A DNA stretch of 58,705 nt. It comes from an uncultured Candidatus Saccharibacteria bacterium (GTDB lineage Bacteria > Patescibacteriota > Dojkabacteria > SC72). This document shows positions 1 to 10,049 of this stretch, in pieces. The notes under the pieces were generated by a model. It was not told the origin of the DNA. It saw only the letters and a list, made by a program, of their open reading frames with translations, and made no database searches. Position numbers and translations under genes: made by a program. Every line of letters starts with the position of its first letter. Positions within the stretch are counted from its first letter, which is position 1. The stretch lies in assembly GCA_964560525.1 (NCBI GenBank), contig CAZLLO010000005.1, positions 1 through 58,705 on the forward strand. Direction: 5' to 3'.

Positions 1-1075
1 AATCTCTTCCATTAGCTCTATTTAATCCAATTTTTCCAACTATTCGATCAATATCATTAATATTCTCTAATTTACTTCTGATATCTGTTAAACAGTCTTG
101 CTTGTTGTATAGCTTTTCTACTATGTTTAATCTTTCGTCTATACTTTTCTTGTCTATGAGCGGATTTAAGATCCACGAGTAGAGTAATCTTCTTCCCATT
201 CGGGTAGAGGTTCGATCTAGTACTCCAAAGAGTGAGTCTGAGATATTTCCACTGTATGCACTTGCTACTAGTTCTAGGTTTCTAATGGTTGCTCTGTCTA
301 GGATCATGGTTCTGTCTGTATTTACTCGTTTTGGTTTGAGTATATGCTTTGGATCCATGAGTTGGGTTTCTTTGATGTATTGAAGTCCCATTCCTACTGC
401 TATGATATCTCCATTGTCTTGTGAGATATCCAAGCTTTCCATATTTTTAATATCGTAGAATTCTTTTACTATTTCTGTAGCATAGTCTTTGTTCTTTAAT
501 CCTTTTTCTACAAAGTGTACTGGGGTATTTGGAAAGAGTAGGGTATCCTCTCCTTCTATGACTAGTATTTCTTCTGGGTAATATGATGAAAGGATATTGC
601 TTACACTGTTCTCTGTATATTTCTCGGTTATGAGTAACGACTCTCCTGTTGATACATCACAGAGTGATACTGAGAGAGTTTTCTTTTCTAAGTAGAAGCT
701 TGCTAGGTAAGAGTTCTTTACTGCATTGGCTTCGTCTCCATCTAGGGTTCCGGGTGTTACTATTCTTGTTACTCCTCGTTTGACTATTCCTTTTGCAAAT
801 TTTGGGTCTTCTAATTGGTCTACTACTACTACACAGTAGCCTGCTGATATGAGTTTTGGTAAGTATTGGTCTATGGCTTTGTGTGGGAATCCTGCTAATG
901 GTACGTTGTTGTTTTCTTTGTTTCTAGCGGTTAGGGTTATGTTTAATACCTTTGATGTTAGTTTGGCATCGTCTCCAAAGGATTCGAAGAAATCTCCCAT
1001 TCTGTAGAGTAGTATTTTATCTGGGTATTGCTTCTTAAAACCCATATATTGTTTCATCATTGGTGTGTCTTCCAT
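1..1075 (-). CDS. mutS: DNA mismatch repair protein MutS, N-terminal part; runs off the left edge and is absent from the ORF track
   Basis: Manual translation from ATG at 1075: MEDTPMMKQYMGFKKQYPDKILLYRMGDFFESFGDDA...PLAGFPHKAIDQYLPKLISAGYCVVVVDQLEDP...VKRGVTRIVTPGT, the MutS domain I signature. Confidence 0.96.
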   Translation of the reverse strand, partial: MEDTPMMKQYMGFKKQYPDKILLYRMGDFFESFGDDAKLTSKVLNITLTARNKENNNVPLAGFPHKAIDQYLPKLISAGYCVVVVDQLEDPKFAKGIVKRGVTRIVTPGTLDGDEANAVKNSYLASFYLEKKTLSVSLCDVSTGESLLITEKYTENSVSNILSSYYPEEILVIEGEDTLLFPNTPVHFVEKGLKNKDYATEIVKEFYDIKNMESLDISQDNGDIIAVGMGLQYIKETQLMDPKHILKPKRVNTDRTMILDRATIRNLELVASAYSGNISDSLFGVLDRTSTRMGRRLLYSWILNPLIDKKSIDERLNIVEKLYNKQDCLTDIRSKLENINDIDRIVGKIGLNRANGRD

Positions 1076-1129
1076 GTACAGAAAGTATATCATAGAAACC
1101 TATAATGAGAGAAATAGGTATTGCTAAGA

Positions 1130-1167
1130 AAAGGGCTCCTGTACATCAGTACAAATAGGAGCCCTTT
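1130..1167. terminator. Inverted repeat, probable terminator for the 1238..1687 gene
   Basis: AAAGGGCTCCT (1130-1140) and AGGAGCCCTTT (1157-1167) flank an inner TGTAC/GTACA hairpin. Confidence 0.6.
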
Positions 1168-1237
1168 ATTAGGCGGTGGGGAAAAGGTTGATATGACGCA
1201 ACACTAAAAGTCATGATACCATTAAGAAGTACTACCG

Positions 1238-1687
1238 TTAAATAGTTTTGAATTTTTCTTTCACACAATCAACAAGTGCCAATGGAATCTCTTTTTCAAG
1301 AAGATTATCTAGAAAGCTTTTGGCTTCTTCACTTAGATTTTTTTGAGATCCATGTTTAGTAATCCTGCGAAGGATACTAAAAAACACCTTTGTTTCATCT
1401 GTTTCTTTCTCTTGTAATATTTGCATCATTATATTTTTTGCAAAAATCTCATTACAAGAGCCAGAAGAAGTTAAGCCCCAATAAACAAGGACTTCATCCT
1501 TGTCTAAGGTGCCGGAGTCTCTAACGACTCTTAACAATCCTTCTTTTTGGCGAGAATCGCCCAAATGTTCTACCATAGAGGCTAGCATTACAGCAAAAGC
1601 TCTTCTCATATACCACAACCTTTTTTTAATGATCCTTTTCCCGTGCATATTATAGGGTAAAATGGGGATTATTAAAAGAAGAAGCAT
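1238..1687 (-). CDS. Hypothetical protein; true start may be a downstream Met
   Basis: 149-aa ORF filling the gap between genes, no recognised motif. Confidence 0.55.
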   Translation of the reverse strand: MLLLLIIPILPYNMHGKRIIKKRLWYMRRAFAVMLASMVEHLGDSRQKEGLLRVVRDSGTLDKDEVLVYWGLTSSGSCNEIFAKNIMMQILQEKETDETKVFFSILRRITKHGSQKNLSEEAKSFLDNLLEKEIPLALVDCVKEKFKTI

Positions 1688-1711
1688 TTATCTAATAATT
1701 TGATAGAATAA

Positions 1712-2221
1712 ATGATGATTACATTATTCATACTAGTTGGTTTACCATTCTCGGGGAAATCAACATTGTTAAAATCCGTCTCAGAGCTTACTAATATCAA
1801 AACAATATCTTTTGATATTCTTTGGAAAGAATTAGAACAAAATCCGAATGAAAAAGATAAACTATCTTTTGAATATGTAACAGAAATTATAGATAAAAGG
1901 ATAGCCCAATTACTTAGAGAAGGGTACTCCGTTATGTATGATTCCTTAAATGATACTCCCGATCAAAGAGAAAGACTGTCTAACATTGCAAAGGATACAA
2001 ATGCTTCATCCTTAATCATCTACCTTGATACACCTTTAGAGATTGTAAGATCTAGGAGATTTGAAAATACAAAGAATTTGAAAAGACATCTGGTAGATGA
2101 TCAGAATTTTGATAAATCAATTAAGAAATTTGTTATTCCAACTGAGAACGTTTTGATGTTTAGATACGATGATGATATTACACTATGGATAAAAGAAAAC
2201 CTTAGTGAATATTTAAGATAG
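1712..2221 (+). CDS. P-loop kinase-like ATP-binding protein (AAA_33 type)
   Basis: Walker A GLPFSGKS, then VMYDSLN and IIYLDTPLEIVRSR typical of nucleotide-kinase-like folds. Confidence 0.75.
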   Translation: MMITLFILVGLPFSGKSTLLKSVSELTNIKTISFDILWKELEQNPNEKDKLSFEYVTEIIDKRIAQLLREGYSVMYDSLNDTPDQRERLSNIAKDTNASSLIIYLDTPLEIVRSRRFENTKNLKRHLVDDQNFDKSIKKFVIPTENVLMFRYDDDITLWIKENLSEYLR

Positions 2222-2222
2222 G

Positions 2223-4778
2223 TTATCTCCCCAATATCAACTTTGATTCTTCTTCAGATACAACCTTTCTAGCCTCTGCAATATCCTCAGCACAAACAGA
2301 AACACCATATATACCAGTTTGTACACAATGCCTTAATAATGGTTTACTATCCTCAACAATAGCTATAACTCGACTATCCTTAACCCTAGCAACATCCAAT
2401 ACATTATCTATAACCTTAAATACACTATTCCTACTCAAATCATACTTAGCATTCTCATCATTAACCTTAAACCCTTGCATCTGCTTAGCAATCCTAGGCA
2501 TATTCAAAATCAAACCATCCATCTTAGTATTGAGAATATCATCAGCAAGAATAATCTCTGATGGGTTATCCAAAATAGCATAAACCTTAAATGAAGAAGT
2601 ACGTCTCATGCCCTCTGCAGAAAGCTGCTTCTTAAATTCCTTCATCATATCCTCATTCATAGGGGAGTGTAGTGCAACAGAAACATTCCTCTTTTTATGC
2701 ACATTCCTAACTCTTTTAACGATCTTAATAACTCTTTTAAGTAACGGAAGATTGTTTACATAGTGAGTAGCACCATATATCTCACCAGAGAGAGTAGCAT
2801 CCTCAAATTCCTTACCTCTGGTTAAAGCTCTAAATTGATTAATAGTTGCAGAACCAATAGACACAACAACCTCATTTCCTTCGGCCAATTCAACATATCT
2901 CAAAATCTTCTCAGTGATTCTTGCAGTATAGTCTAAGAATTTCTTGTCCTCTACATATGCAAGTAGGTGCCTACCTTCGTTAATCATAATCTCATCCAAA
3001 TCAATATACACAATACCATTAGAATTACCTACATAATCAAAGAGCTTTGTAGGCTCAATATTACCCATACTAAATACCCTAGTAGCACATGGGGGTAGGG
3101 TAAAGTCCTTTTTAATCATCAAACCCGGAGCTTCAACTTCTTGCTCCGCTTGTATTTCTTGCTGTTGTTTTTCTTCTTTCAAAAGATTAACACCATCACC
3201 ATATGTTTCTACAACAGGATGCACTTCTTCTCTCTGATTCTGTTTTTGTTCTCTGTATATACTACCTGTATTACCATCTATTCTAACCCAATCACCATCC
3301 TTAAGTATTTCTGAAGCTTTTGAAGCACCAACTATAGCTGGGATTTTCATTTCTCTACACAATATTGCAGTATCGCTAGTAATACCACCAAAATCCATAA
3401 TGACACCACCACAAGACATAATCATGGATTCCATATCCGTGGAATATCGCTTAATCAAAAGAACATCTTCTTTGGTATATGTTTTACCTGTAGGATTATC
3501 AACGATTACAATATTACCAATACTAACGCCAAAACTTGCTCCAATACCTGAAACCAAAAGATCTTCTTTATTTACTTGATTACTCTCTTCAATCTTTTCT
3601 TTCTTTACTCTTGCCGCATTAATCAGGGTTTCTATTTTACTAGTTATGCTAGAGCTATTTTTCATAACCATCTTTTGAGCACCAGAAATTGCCTGATTAT
3701 TAATCATTTCCTGCATCTGATATTTACCCAAGAAAGCAAGAATTAAATCTCTCAATGTTTTCTGCGTTACTTCCATCTCAGAAATATGTACACGATTTGA
3801 AAGGACTTCAGAAATCAAAGGTTTGTTTTGTAATATCCAAACCCTACCACCAGAGAGTACCCATTCAATATTTTGTGGTAATCTAGATTTATTTTCTACA
3901 ATCAATGCTATCTTGGAAATCTCCTGTGTTTCCTTATCTCCCAATTTTGGCTTATGACTCCATCCAGCAGATATCTTTATCTTCTCATCATTGCTTCTTC
4001 TGCTATTTCCACTGTTCATATTTCTTACTTTCATCCATTCTTGAGGTGCAATATGTTTTTCAATGACACTTAGATCACGTTTGTTCAAAAGATATGAATC
4101 TGGAGTAACTTCACCAGTGGATATAACATCACCAAGACCATATACAGCTTCAATACCTAATCTTGTATTATCTTGAGTTATTGGATCAACGGTAAATACA
4201 ACACCAGATATTTCAGCCTGAACCATCTTTTGTACTACAATAGCAAGTTTGACTTCTGCCAAATCGATATCCATTTTAGAAGCATATGCAACAACATCAT
4301 CAGTAAAAAGGGATGCATATACTTTCTTAATAGCGCTTTTTAAATCCTCAAATTTTCTTACATTTAACTCCGTAGAAAAGATACCACTAAAGGAGACACT
4401 TTCATTCTCTGAAAAAACAACCGAAGATCTTACAGACACCCAAGCATCAGAGAAACCTGAGAGCCTAGTATATGCGCTTAAGATATCTTCTTGAACATCC
4501 TGGGCAAACTCTTGTCCTTGAAAAGCATAATATACTTCTTCTCCCTCTGGATTCCTTCCTTTATCTAGTAGCTTTTGTTTACTATTTTCTAATGATTTAG
4601 TACAAAAATCTGTATATACAGTACTAGATACAACAAAGAATTCAGGGACAGGAACATCCATCTCCTTAAGATGGAATAGGCTAAGTCCTTTTCTTCCAAC
4701 CTTGTTTTCATTTAATTCTTTAGATGAGAAATCTTCAAAAAAGAAAACATTATTCTTTTTCGTTATGGCATTTTCCAT
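2223..4778 (-). CDS. PEP synthase (PpsA)-like protein with degenerate catalytic motifs
   Basis: ATP-grasp motifs (VSVRSS, VVQKMV, GVVFTVDP, IEAVYGLGDVI, NIEW), swivel domain GGITSDTAILCREMKIPAIVG and a C-terminal barrel-sized region. Confidence 0.85.
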   Translation of the reverse strand: MENAITKKNNVFFFEDFSSKELNENKVGRKGLSLFHLKEMDVPVPEFFVVSSTVYTDFCTKSLENSKQKLLDKGRNPEGEEVYYAFQGQEFAQDVQEDILSAYTRLSGFSDAWVSVRSSVVFSENESVSFSGIFSTELNVRKFEDLKSAIKKVYASLFTDDVVAYASKMDIDLAEVKLAIVVQKMVQAEISGVVFTVDPITQDNTRLGIEAVYGLGDVISTGEVTPDSYLLNKRDLSVIEKHIAPQEWMKVRNMNSGNSRRSNDEKIKISAGWSHKPKLGDKETQEISKIALIVENKSRLPQNIEWVLSGGRVWILQNKPLISEVLSNRVHISEMEVTQKTLRDLILAFLGKYQMQEMINNQAISGAQKMVMKNSSSITSKIETLINAARVKKEKIEESNQVNKEDLLVSGIGASFGVSIGNIVIVDNPTGKTYTKEDVLLIKRYSTDMESMIMSCGGVIMDFGGITSDTAILCREMKIPAIVGASKASEILKDGDWVRIDGNTGSIYREQKQNQREEVHPVVETYGDGVNLLKEEKQQQEIQAEQEVEAPGLMIKKDFTLPPCATRVFSMGNIEPTKLFDYVGNSNGIVYIDLDEIMINEGRHLLAYVEDKKFLDYTARITEKILRYVELAEGNEVVVSIGSATINQFRALTRGKEFEDATLSGEIYGATHYVNNLPLLKRVIKIVKRVRNVHKKRNVSVALHSPMNEDMMKEFKKQLSAEGMRRTSSFKVYAILDNPSEIILADDILNTKMDGLILNMPRIAKQMQGFKVNDENAKYDLSRNSVFKVIDNVLDVARVKDSRVIAIVEDSKPLLRHCVQTGIYGVSVCAEDIAEARKVVSEEESKLILGR

Positions 4779-4812
4779 TGTACTGGGCAGTTAAATAATA
4801 ATGGTATATATA

Positions 4813-5976
4813 CTAAACAATACCTTTAGCTTTTAATTTTTGCAAGTCTATATAGAACTCATAGAATATCTGAAGTAATACCATGAATGGTACAGCTACC
4901 AAAGCTCCAAATACACCAAAAAGAATTAAGAATATGAAAACACCCAACATAATAACCACAGGTTTGAGACCAATCGCATTCCCCATGATCTTAGGGATTA
5001 TTAAATTGTTTTCAATCTGCTGATAGATTATAAAGACACCAATTAAGATAACAGCACCTAGTGGTCCAACTGTTAGAAGTGCTACCAATGCAGCAATTAA
5101 AGTAGCTATTGTAGCTCCAATACCAGGTACCGCATCTAAAATAGCAATCATAACAGCCAATGGCAATGCAAACGGTACGTTTAGTATAGTTAAGAGAATT
5201 CCTGCGAAGATACCCGTAATAGTACTAATAGTTGCCTGACCTAACATCCATCTTCCTAGTTTCCTTTCAACATCAATAACCAATTTCTTGACCCTATCTC
5301 TTTTCTCATCAGAAACTATTCTTATCAATCCGAAATCGAGTAGAGAGTCATGTTCTAAAACAAGATATATTGAGAGGATTAAAGATGAAACTAATAGTCC
5401 TGTTGTGCTAAAGACACTAGACACAGCACTTGTTACATTTTTGAGACTTTCTCCTGTTGTAATATTCTGCAAGCTATTGGATACGAAATTCGTTATATCT
5501 TGAGCATTAATACTTGTTGATCCGAATGTAAATCCATGGAAATTAGCAACTGTATTTTTTACCCACTCTGGGAATGCTTTAGCCAAATCTCCTACCTGTC
5601 CAGCTAATGGAACTATCACAATAGAAAGGAGGGAAAGGATAATTACAACAGCAACGATGTATGTTATGACAACAGCCCAACCCTTGTGAATACGCTTTGA
5701 CATTAACCAGGTTACAACAGGTCTTGCTGCAGATGTAAATACAAACCCAAAGAAAAGAAATAGTGCAACCGCAACTAGTTGGCTACCAAAGAATATGATA
5801 CCCAGAATTAGTAATACCAAAGCTAAAAGCTCCCATGAGAACTGAACAACTATAACAGGCTTTTCTTTTCCTATTTTCTCATTGTATTTTACTGCCTCTC
5901 GGAGATCTTCGAGACCTTTTTTTTGCTCTTCTTTTATCTGTTTATCCGTATCTCTAAATGAAAATATTTTTCCCAT
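4813..5976 (-). CDS. AI-2E (PerM/UPF0118) family transporter
   Basis: Multi-TM protein with LDAVPGIGA, QQIENNLIIPKIMG and GVFGALVAVP motifs. Confidence 0.9.
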   Translation of the reverse strand: MGKIFSFRDTDKQIKEEQKKGLEDLREAVKYNEKIGKEKPVIVVQFSWELLALVLLILGIIFFGSQLVAVALFLFFGFVFTSAARPVVTWLMSKRIHKGWAVVITYIVAVVIILSLLSIVIVPLAGQVGDLAKAFPEWVKNTVANFHGFTFGSTSINAQDITNFVSNSLQNITTGESLKNVTSAVSSVFSTTGLLVSSLILSIYLVLEHDSLLDFGLIRIVSDEKRDRVKKLVIDVERKLGRWMLGQATISTITGIFAGILLTILNVPFALPLAVMIAILDAVPGIGATIATLIAALVALLTVGPLGAVILIGVFIIYQQIENNLIIPKIMGNAIGLKPVVIMLGVFIFLILFGVFGALVAVPFMVLLQIFYEFYIDLQKLKAKGIV

Positions 5977-6021
5977 TGCCTTTATGTATAATTTACTTCT
6001 CCTATTATATCAATAATAAAC

Positions 6022-6046
6022 AAAAGAGGGGAGAGCTACTCCCCTC
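6022..6046 (-). terminator. Intrinsic terminator of the 6069..7010 gene
   Basis: GAGGGGAG (6026-6033) / CTCCCCTC (6039-6046) stem, followed on the minus strand by TTTTGTTT. Confidence 0.75.
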
Positions 6047-6068
6047 AAACACTACATAAACAGTAGGG

Positions 6069-7010
6069 CTATTGTTTTCTTTGTTTAATATACATAACAG
6101 AGGTAGTGGTTATACCACCAACTAATGCAAGTATTGCAAAGAACCATACTAACTTATTACCTGCTAAGAAATCAGCAACATTATCTAGATCACCATCTGC
6201 AACAGGTATAGATGCATCATCCACAGCATCACCATTAACACTGCTTTCAGGAGAGTATATTACCTTTATTCTTCCTACCAATGCAGTTTCATTGCCTGCG
6301 GTATCCTTTATAACTACATTAAAAACGTTCGAGCCACTATCTAAAGCAATACTTACAATCTTAAAATATCCCTTTTCGTTACATGTAGCACTGTAATAAT
6401 CCGTGCCTCTTTTAACTGTAACTTGAGCATCTTTTTCTGCAGTACCAGTTACTGTAAATGTCTGAGTTCCAACCTCTGTTGGGAATTTAACATCTGCAAG
6501 CACAGGAGCTGTCCTATCCACTACAACTGTTTGAATAGCAGATTGAGAAGAAAGATGTCTCATAGGGAAGCCTTTAACACTTGCAACTGCTATCTTGTAT
6601 TCACCTTCCTGACTAAGTGCAACATTGTAAAGATATTCACCCTTGTTATTAACTTTTACAGAACCTATCTTTTCATCATTGAGATATACAAGCACAGTAT
6701 CATAACCTTTGGCATTACCAGCAACAGATACATTTTCTCCATTAGTGATAGAAGGAATTTCCTCAAAAGAAGGGGACACTAAAGAAGTATCCAATTTGGG
6801 ATTACTGTTGTATTTCACAAAAGAATAAATACCAAAACCTACAAGTAACAATCCCAAAACAATAAAAATAGAGCCAACTAATTTAGAAACTCTCTCAGGA
6901 TCTTGAGGTTTTTTTACATCAACCTTAGAAGTCATTGTTTCTTCTTTTTTTAATTTGATCTCTTTTTTCGTAACTTTGGGAGCAGTATTTACAGATTTAG
7001 ATTTTTTCAT
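6069..7010 (-). CDS. Surface protein with Ig-like domains and a C-terminal sorting-signal-like tail
   Basis: N-terminal basic region and TM; Ig-like repeats (VSVAGNAKG, VDRTAP, NVFNVVIKDTAGN); C-terminal IPVADG, hydrophobic helix and KQRKQ; divergent from a sortase gene. Confidence 0.7.
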   Translation of the reverse strand: MKKSKSVNTAPKVTKKEIKLKKEETMTSKVDVKKPQDPERVSKLVGSIFIVLGLLLVGFGIYSFVKYNSNPKLDTSLVSPSFEEIPSITNGENVSVAGNAKGYDTVLVYLNDEKIGSVKVNNKGEYLYNVALSQEGEYKIAVASVKGFPMRHLSSQSAIQTVVVDRTAPVLADVKFPTEVGTQTFTVTGTAEKDAQVTVKRGTDYYSATCNEKGYFKIVSIALDSGSNVFNVVIKDTAGNETALVGRIKVIYSPESSVNGDAVDDASIPVADGDLDNVADFLAGNKLVWFFAILALVGGITTTSVMYIKQRKQ

Positions 7011-7109
7011 CCCCGCTAAACCTATATTAAAATTTATATAGTTCTACATAAAGGATAATATAATAACGAAATTAATGCAACTATGGTCAAAAACTAGTAA
7101 AATATACAT

Positions 7110-7799
7110 ATGCGAAAAAGCAAACTACTAAAAGTCGGGGTAACCGTCTTCATAATACTATTACTTCTAACTTTGTTAGCTTTCTTGTTCATATACCCAG
7201 CATACAACAAGATTTCAATAATCTTTAATGATTTAAATCCATACAGAGTTTCTAAGAATGTATATATGTCGGTTTTAACTAGGGTCTCACCTTCTCTTGA
7301 TACTTTCGAATCACAAGCCCTTTCAGAAAAATCCATAGAGGATTACCTAGATGCAGAAAATCAAATAGGACAAACAGTATTAGAAGATCAGAATACAAAA
7401 TTGCAAATAGACTCGGTAAATATTCTCGGAAGAATATCTGAGGGAGGAGATTCTAAGGCTATGCTAAAAGGTTTCTGGCATTTCCCAACTTCTTCATATC
7501 CAGGAGAGCAAGGCAATGTCGTAATTGTCGGCCATAGATTTCAATATCTTCCACCTGCAAAAAATACATTCTTTTATCTTGATCGTGTGCAGATAGGGGA
7601 TAGTATCAAAGTATTTGGGGATTCAGGCGAATATACCTACATAGTAACCAATATTAGAGTCACAGAACCTAATGATATCTCTGTACTAAAGAAAACAGAT
7701 GACTACAGATTAACGGTAATAACTTGCACTCCATTGTGGACTTCACACCAAAGGCTTGTTATAACAGCTAAACTAGACAAATTATACAAAAAAGTGTAG
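7110..7799 (+). CDS. Sortase
   Basis: N-terminal TM anchor; catalytic His (VIVGHR), Cys (LTVITC) and Arg (HQRLVI). Confidence 0.9.
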   Translation: MRKSKLLKVGVTVFIILLLLTLLAFLFIYPAYNKISIIFNDLNPYRVSKNVYMSVLTRVSPSLDTFESQALSEKSIEDYLDAENQIGQTVLEDQNTKLQIDSVNILGRISEGGDSKAMLKGFWHFPTSSYPGEQGNVVIVGHRFQYLPPAKNTFFYLDRVQIGDSIKVFGDSGEYTYIVTNIRVTEPNDISVLKKTDDYRLTVITCTPLWTSHQRLVITAKLDKLYKKV

Positions 7800-7836
7800 A
7801 CTTTTCGAGCTAAATATAAGTTAAAAATATTAAAAA

Positions 7837-8877
7837 ATGAACGATTTTTACCAAAGAAAAGACATTAGCAAAGATACTATAGAATTTGAAATTACAATAC
7901 CAAAGGATAGTTTCAAAGCAAGCTATGAAGCAATGATGAAAGATAAGGTAAAGGGAACAGATATCAAGGGCTTTAGAAAAGGAAAAGTTCCAACACAATT
8001 AGTAGAAACACAACTCAAGCAAACTGTAAAACTCGAGACATTAGAGAAAGTAGCTCCTTTGTATATCTCTACTGCTATCCAGAAAGAAAACTTAGATCCA
8101 ATAGCACCTCCAGAATACAAGGATCTTCCAAAGTTAGAAGATGATACTGACTTAAAGTTAACAATCGTTGTAACTGTAATGCCTGAGTTTAAACTTGGGA
8201 ATATGAAGAAAGTTAAAGTAGAGAAAGAAGAAGCTATTATTTCAAAAGCTGAGATGGAAGATGCATTGAACGATATTCAAAAGAATTACAAAACAAAAGA
8301 AAAGGAAATTAATGATGCCTGGGCAGTAGAAATAGGAACGATGTTAAAATTGAAGGATGTAAAAGACATCAAGGATTTGAGAAAGCAGATAGAGGAAGCG
8401 TTAAAAGCTCAAAAAGCACATATGCTCTTACACCAAAGGCAAGAGAAAGCTTTAGATGAAGCTATTAAGATTTGTGATATTAAAATTCCACTTCCAGCTA
8501 TCAAGTATGAAGCACAAGAGAGGGAAAGATCTTTCAGATATGATATGCAGCAAAGAGGTGTTAAAGTTGAGGATTTTGTTAAGTCACAAAATCTAACAAT
8601 TGAAAAAATGAGAGAGCTTTGGGAGAAGGATTCAAAGGAAGCATTGGAAACAGATACTTTCTTGAAGATGTATATGAAAGAGCATAAGATTGAGATGAGT
8701 GAAGAAGAGCTCCAGAAGAGAATTGCAGATTTAAAAAAGAATGCACCTAAGGGTACAGATATGAGTGTATACGATGATGAGAACTGGCAGGCATATGTTA
8801 AAAATGTTGATTTAAAGCAAAGAGCTTTTGAAGAATTTATTAAAGAAGTGCTAGGGGAAGAGGTACACAAGGATTAA
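7837..8877 (+). CDS. tig: Trigger factor lacking the FKBP/PPIase domain
   Basis: GFRKGKVP ribosome-binding motif; 346 aa; upstream of clpP. Confidence 0.9.
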   Translation: MNDFYQRKDISKDTIEFEITIPKDSFKASYEAMMKDKVKGTDIKGFRKGKVPTQLVETQLKQTVKLETLEKVAPLYISTAIQKENLDPIAPPEYKDLPKLEDDTDLKLTIVVTVMPEFKLGNMKKVKVEKEEAIISKAEMEDALNDIQKNYKTKEKEINDAWAVEIGTMLKLKDVKDIKDLRKQIEEALKAQKAHMLLHQRQEKALDEAIKICDIKIPLPAIKYEAQERERSFRYDMQQRGVKVEDFVKSQNLTIEKMRELWEKDSKEALETDTFLKMYMKEHKIEMSEEELQKRIADLKKNAPKGTDMSVYDDENWQAYVKNVDLKQRAFEEFIKEVLGEEVHKD

Positions 8878-8898
8878 TTAATTTAATCTTTTAAATAT

Positions 8899-9480
8899 AT
8901 GTATTTAATACCTACAGTTATCGAGAAGGATAGGGATGGCGAGAGAGCATATGACATATACTCTAGACTTCTTAAGGATCGAATTATATTCGTCACAGGG
9001 ATAATTGATGTAGAAATGGCAAATATTATTGTTGCTCAATTACTTTTCCTCGAGAAAGAAAATCCTAACGAGCCTATCCAAATGTTCATAAATACTCCAG
9101 GTGGAGTTATTACTGCTGGCATGGCGATATTAGATACCATGAACTATATTAAGTGCGATATTTCAACAATAGCTGTAGGCTTAGCGGCATCAATGGGGAG
9201 TATTCTTCTTGCCAATGGTAAAAAAGGCCAAAGATTTGCGTTACCAAATAGCAAAATTCATATCCATCAACCTTTAGGTGGAGTAGAGGGGCAAGCAAGT
9301 GATATCGCCATTGAGGCAGAGGAAATCCTTAAGAATAGAACTGTACTTTATGAATTCTTAGCAGAAAAAACAGGAAGAGACATTAAAGAGATAGAGAAAG
9401 ACGCAGATAGAGATAAATATTTTACTGCAAGGGAAGCAAAAGAATATGGCCTTATTGATAAAGTTATCAAAAAGCGATAA
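8899..9480 (+). CDS. clpP: ATP-dependent Clp protease proteolytic subunit
   Basis: [21 protein letters not shown] (Ser), IHQP (His), DRD (Asp). Confidence 0.98.
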   Translation: MYLIPTVIEKDRDGERAYDIYSRLLKDRIIFVTGIIDVEMANIIVAQLLFLEKENPNEPIQMFINTPGGVITAGMAILDTMNYIKCDISTIAVGLAASMGSILLANGKKGQRFALPNSKIHIHQPLGGVEGQASDIAIEAEEILKNRTVLYEFLAEKTGRDIKEIEKDADRDKYFTAREAKEYGLIDKVIKKR

Positions 9481-9553
9481 GAAAGTGGTTGGAATAGGTT
9501 TGATAATAGGATAAGATATTCTTGTCAATGCATTAAATTATCAGTAAAACATA

Positions 9554-9991
9554 ATGGATATACAAGAAAGTAAAGGAGAAGTTAGTCCTTTTAATCAAAT
9601 AGAGACGGAAATAAAGGGTTTCATAGAGGGTAATACTCAACCATATCTTAAAGTAATTGATAATACATCGGCTGAGGATTTTTACACAACACTTAAAGAA
9701 GAGATAGAATCTCCAGCGTTTGAAGAGTACAAACCAAGAATTGAGTCTTTGCCGCTTGGGGTCTTACAGTTTAATAAGGTTGTGCAGGAGATGCATATTG
9801 GTGGTGTTGAATACCACGAAGGTGTAAAGGGTGTATTAATAGATACTTCAAAAACAACGGTCGGTGTAGTAGCACTTGATTTGAGTGATAACCGAATATC
9901 TCTTTTAGTAAAGTCCCTAAGTAACCGAGATGTTGAAGATTTCAGGAATCTCAGACCTAATACATATGCCCATAAAACAATTGGAAGCTAG
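9554..9991 (+). CDS. Hypothetical protein
   Basis: 145-aa ORF with no recognised motif. Confidence 0.65.
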   Translation: MDIQESKGEVSPFNQIETEIKGFIEGNTQPYLKVIDNTSAEDFYTTLKEEIESPAFEEYKPRIESLPLGVLQFNKVVQEMHIGGVEYHEGVKGVLIDTSKTTVGVVALDLSDNRISLLVKSLSNRDVEDFRNLRPNTYAHKTIGS

Positions 9992-10049
9992 TTAGATTGA
10001 AAAATCACTTAATACAAGATAGAATACACACTGTTGTTTAATAATACAT

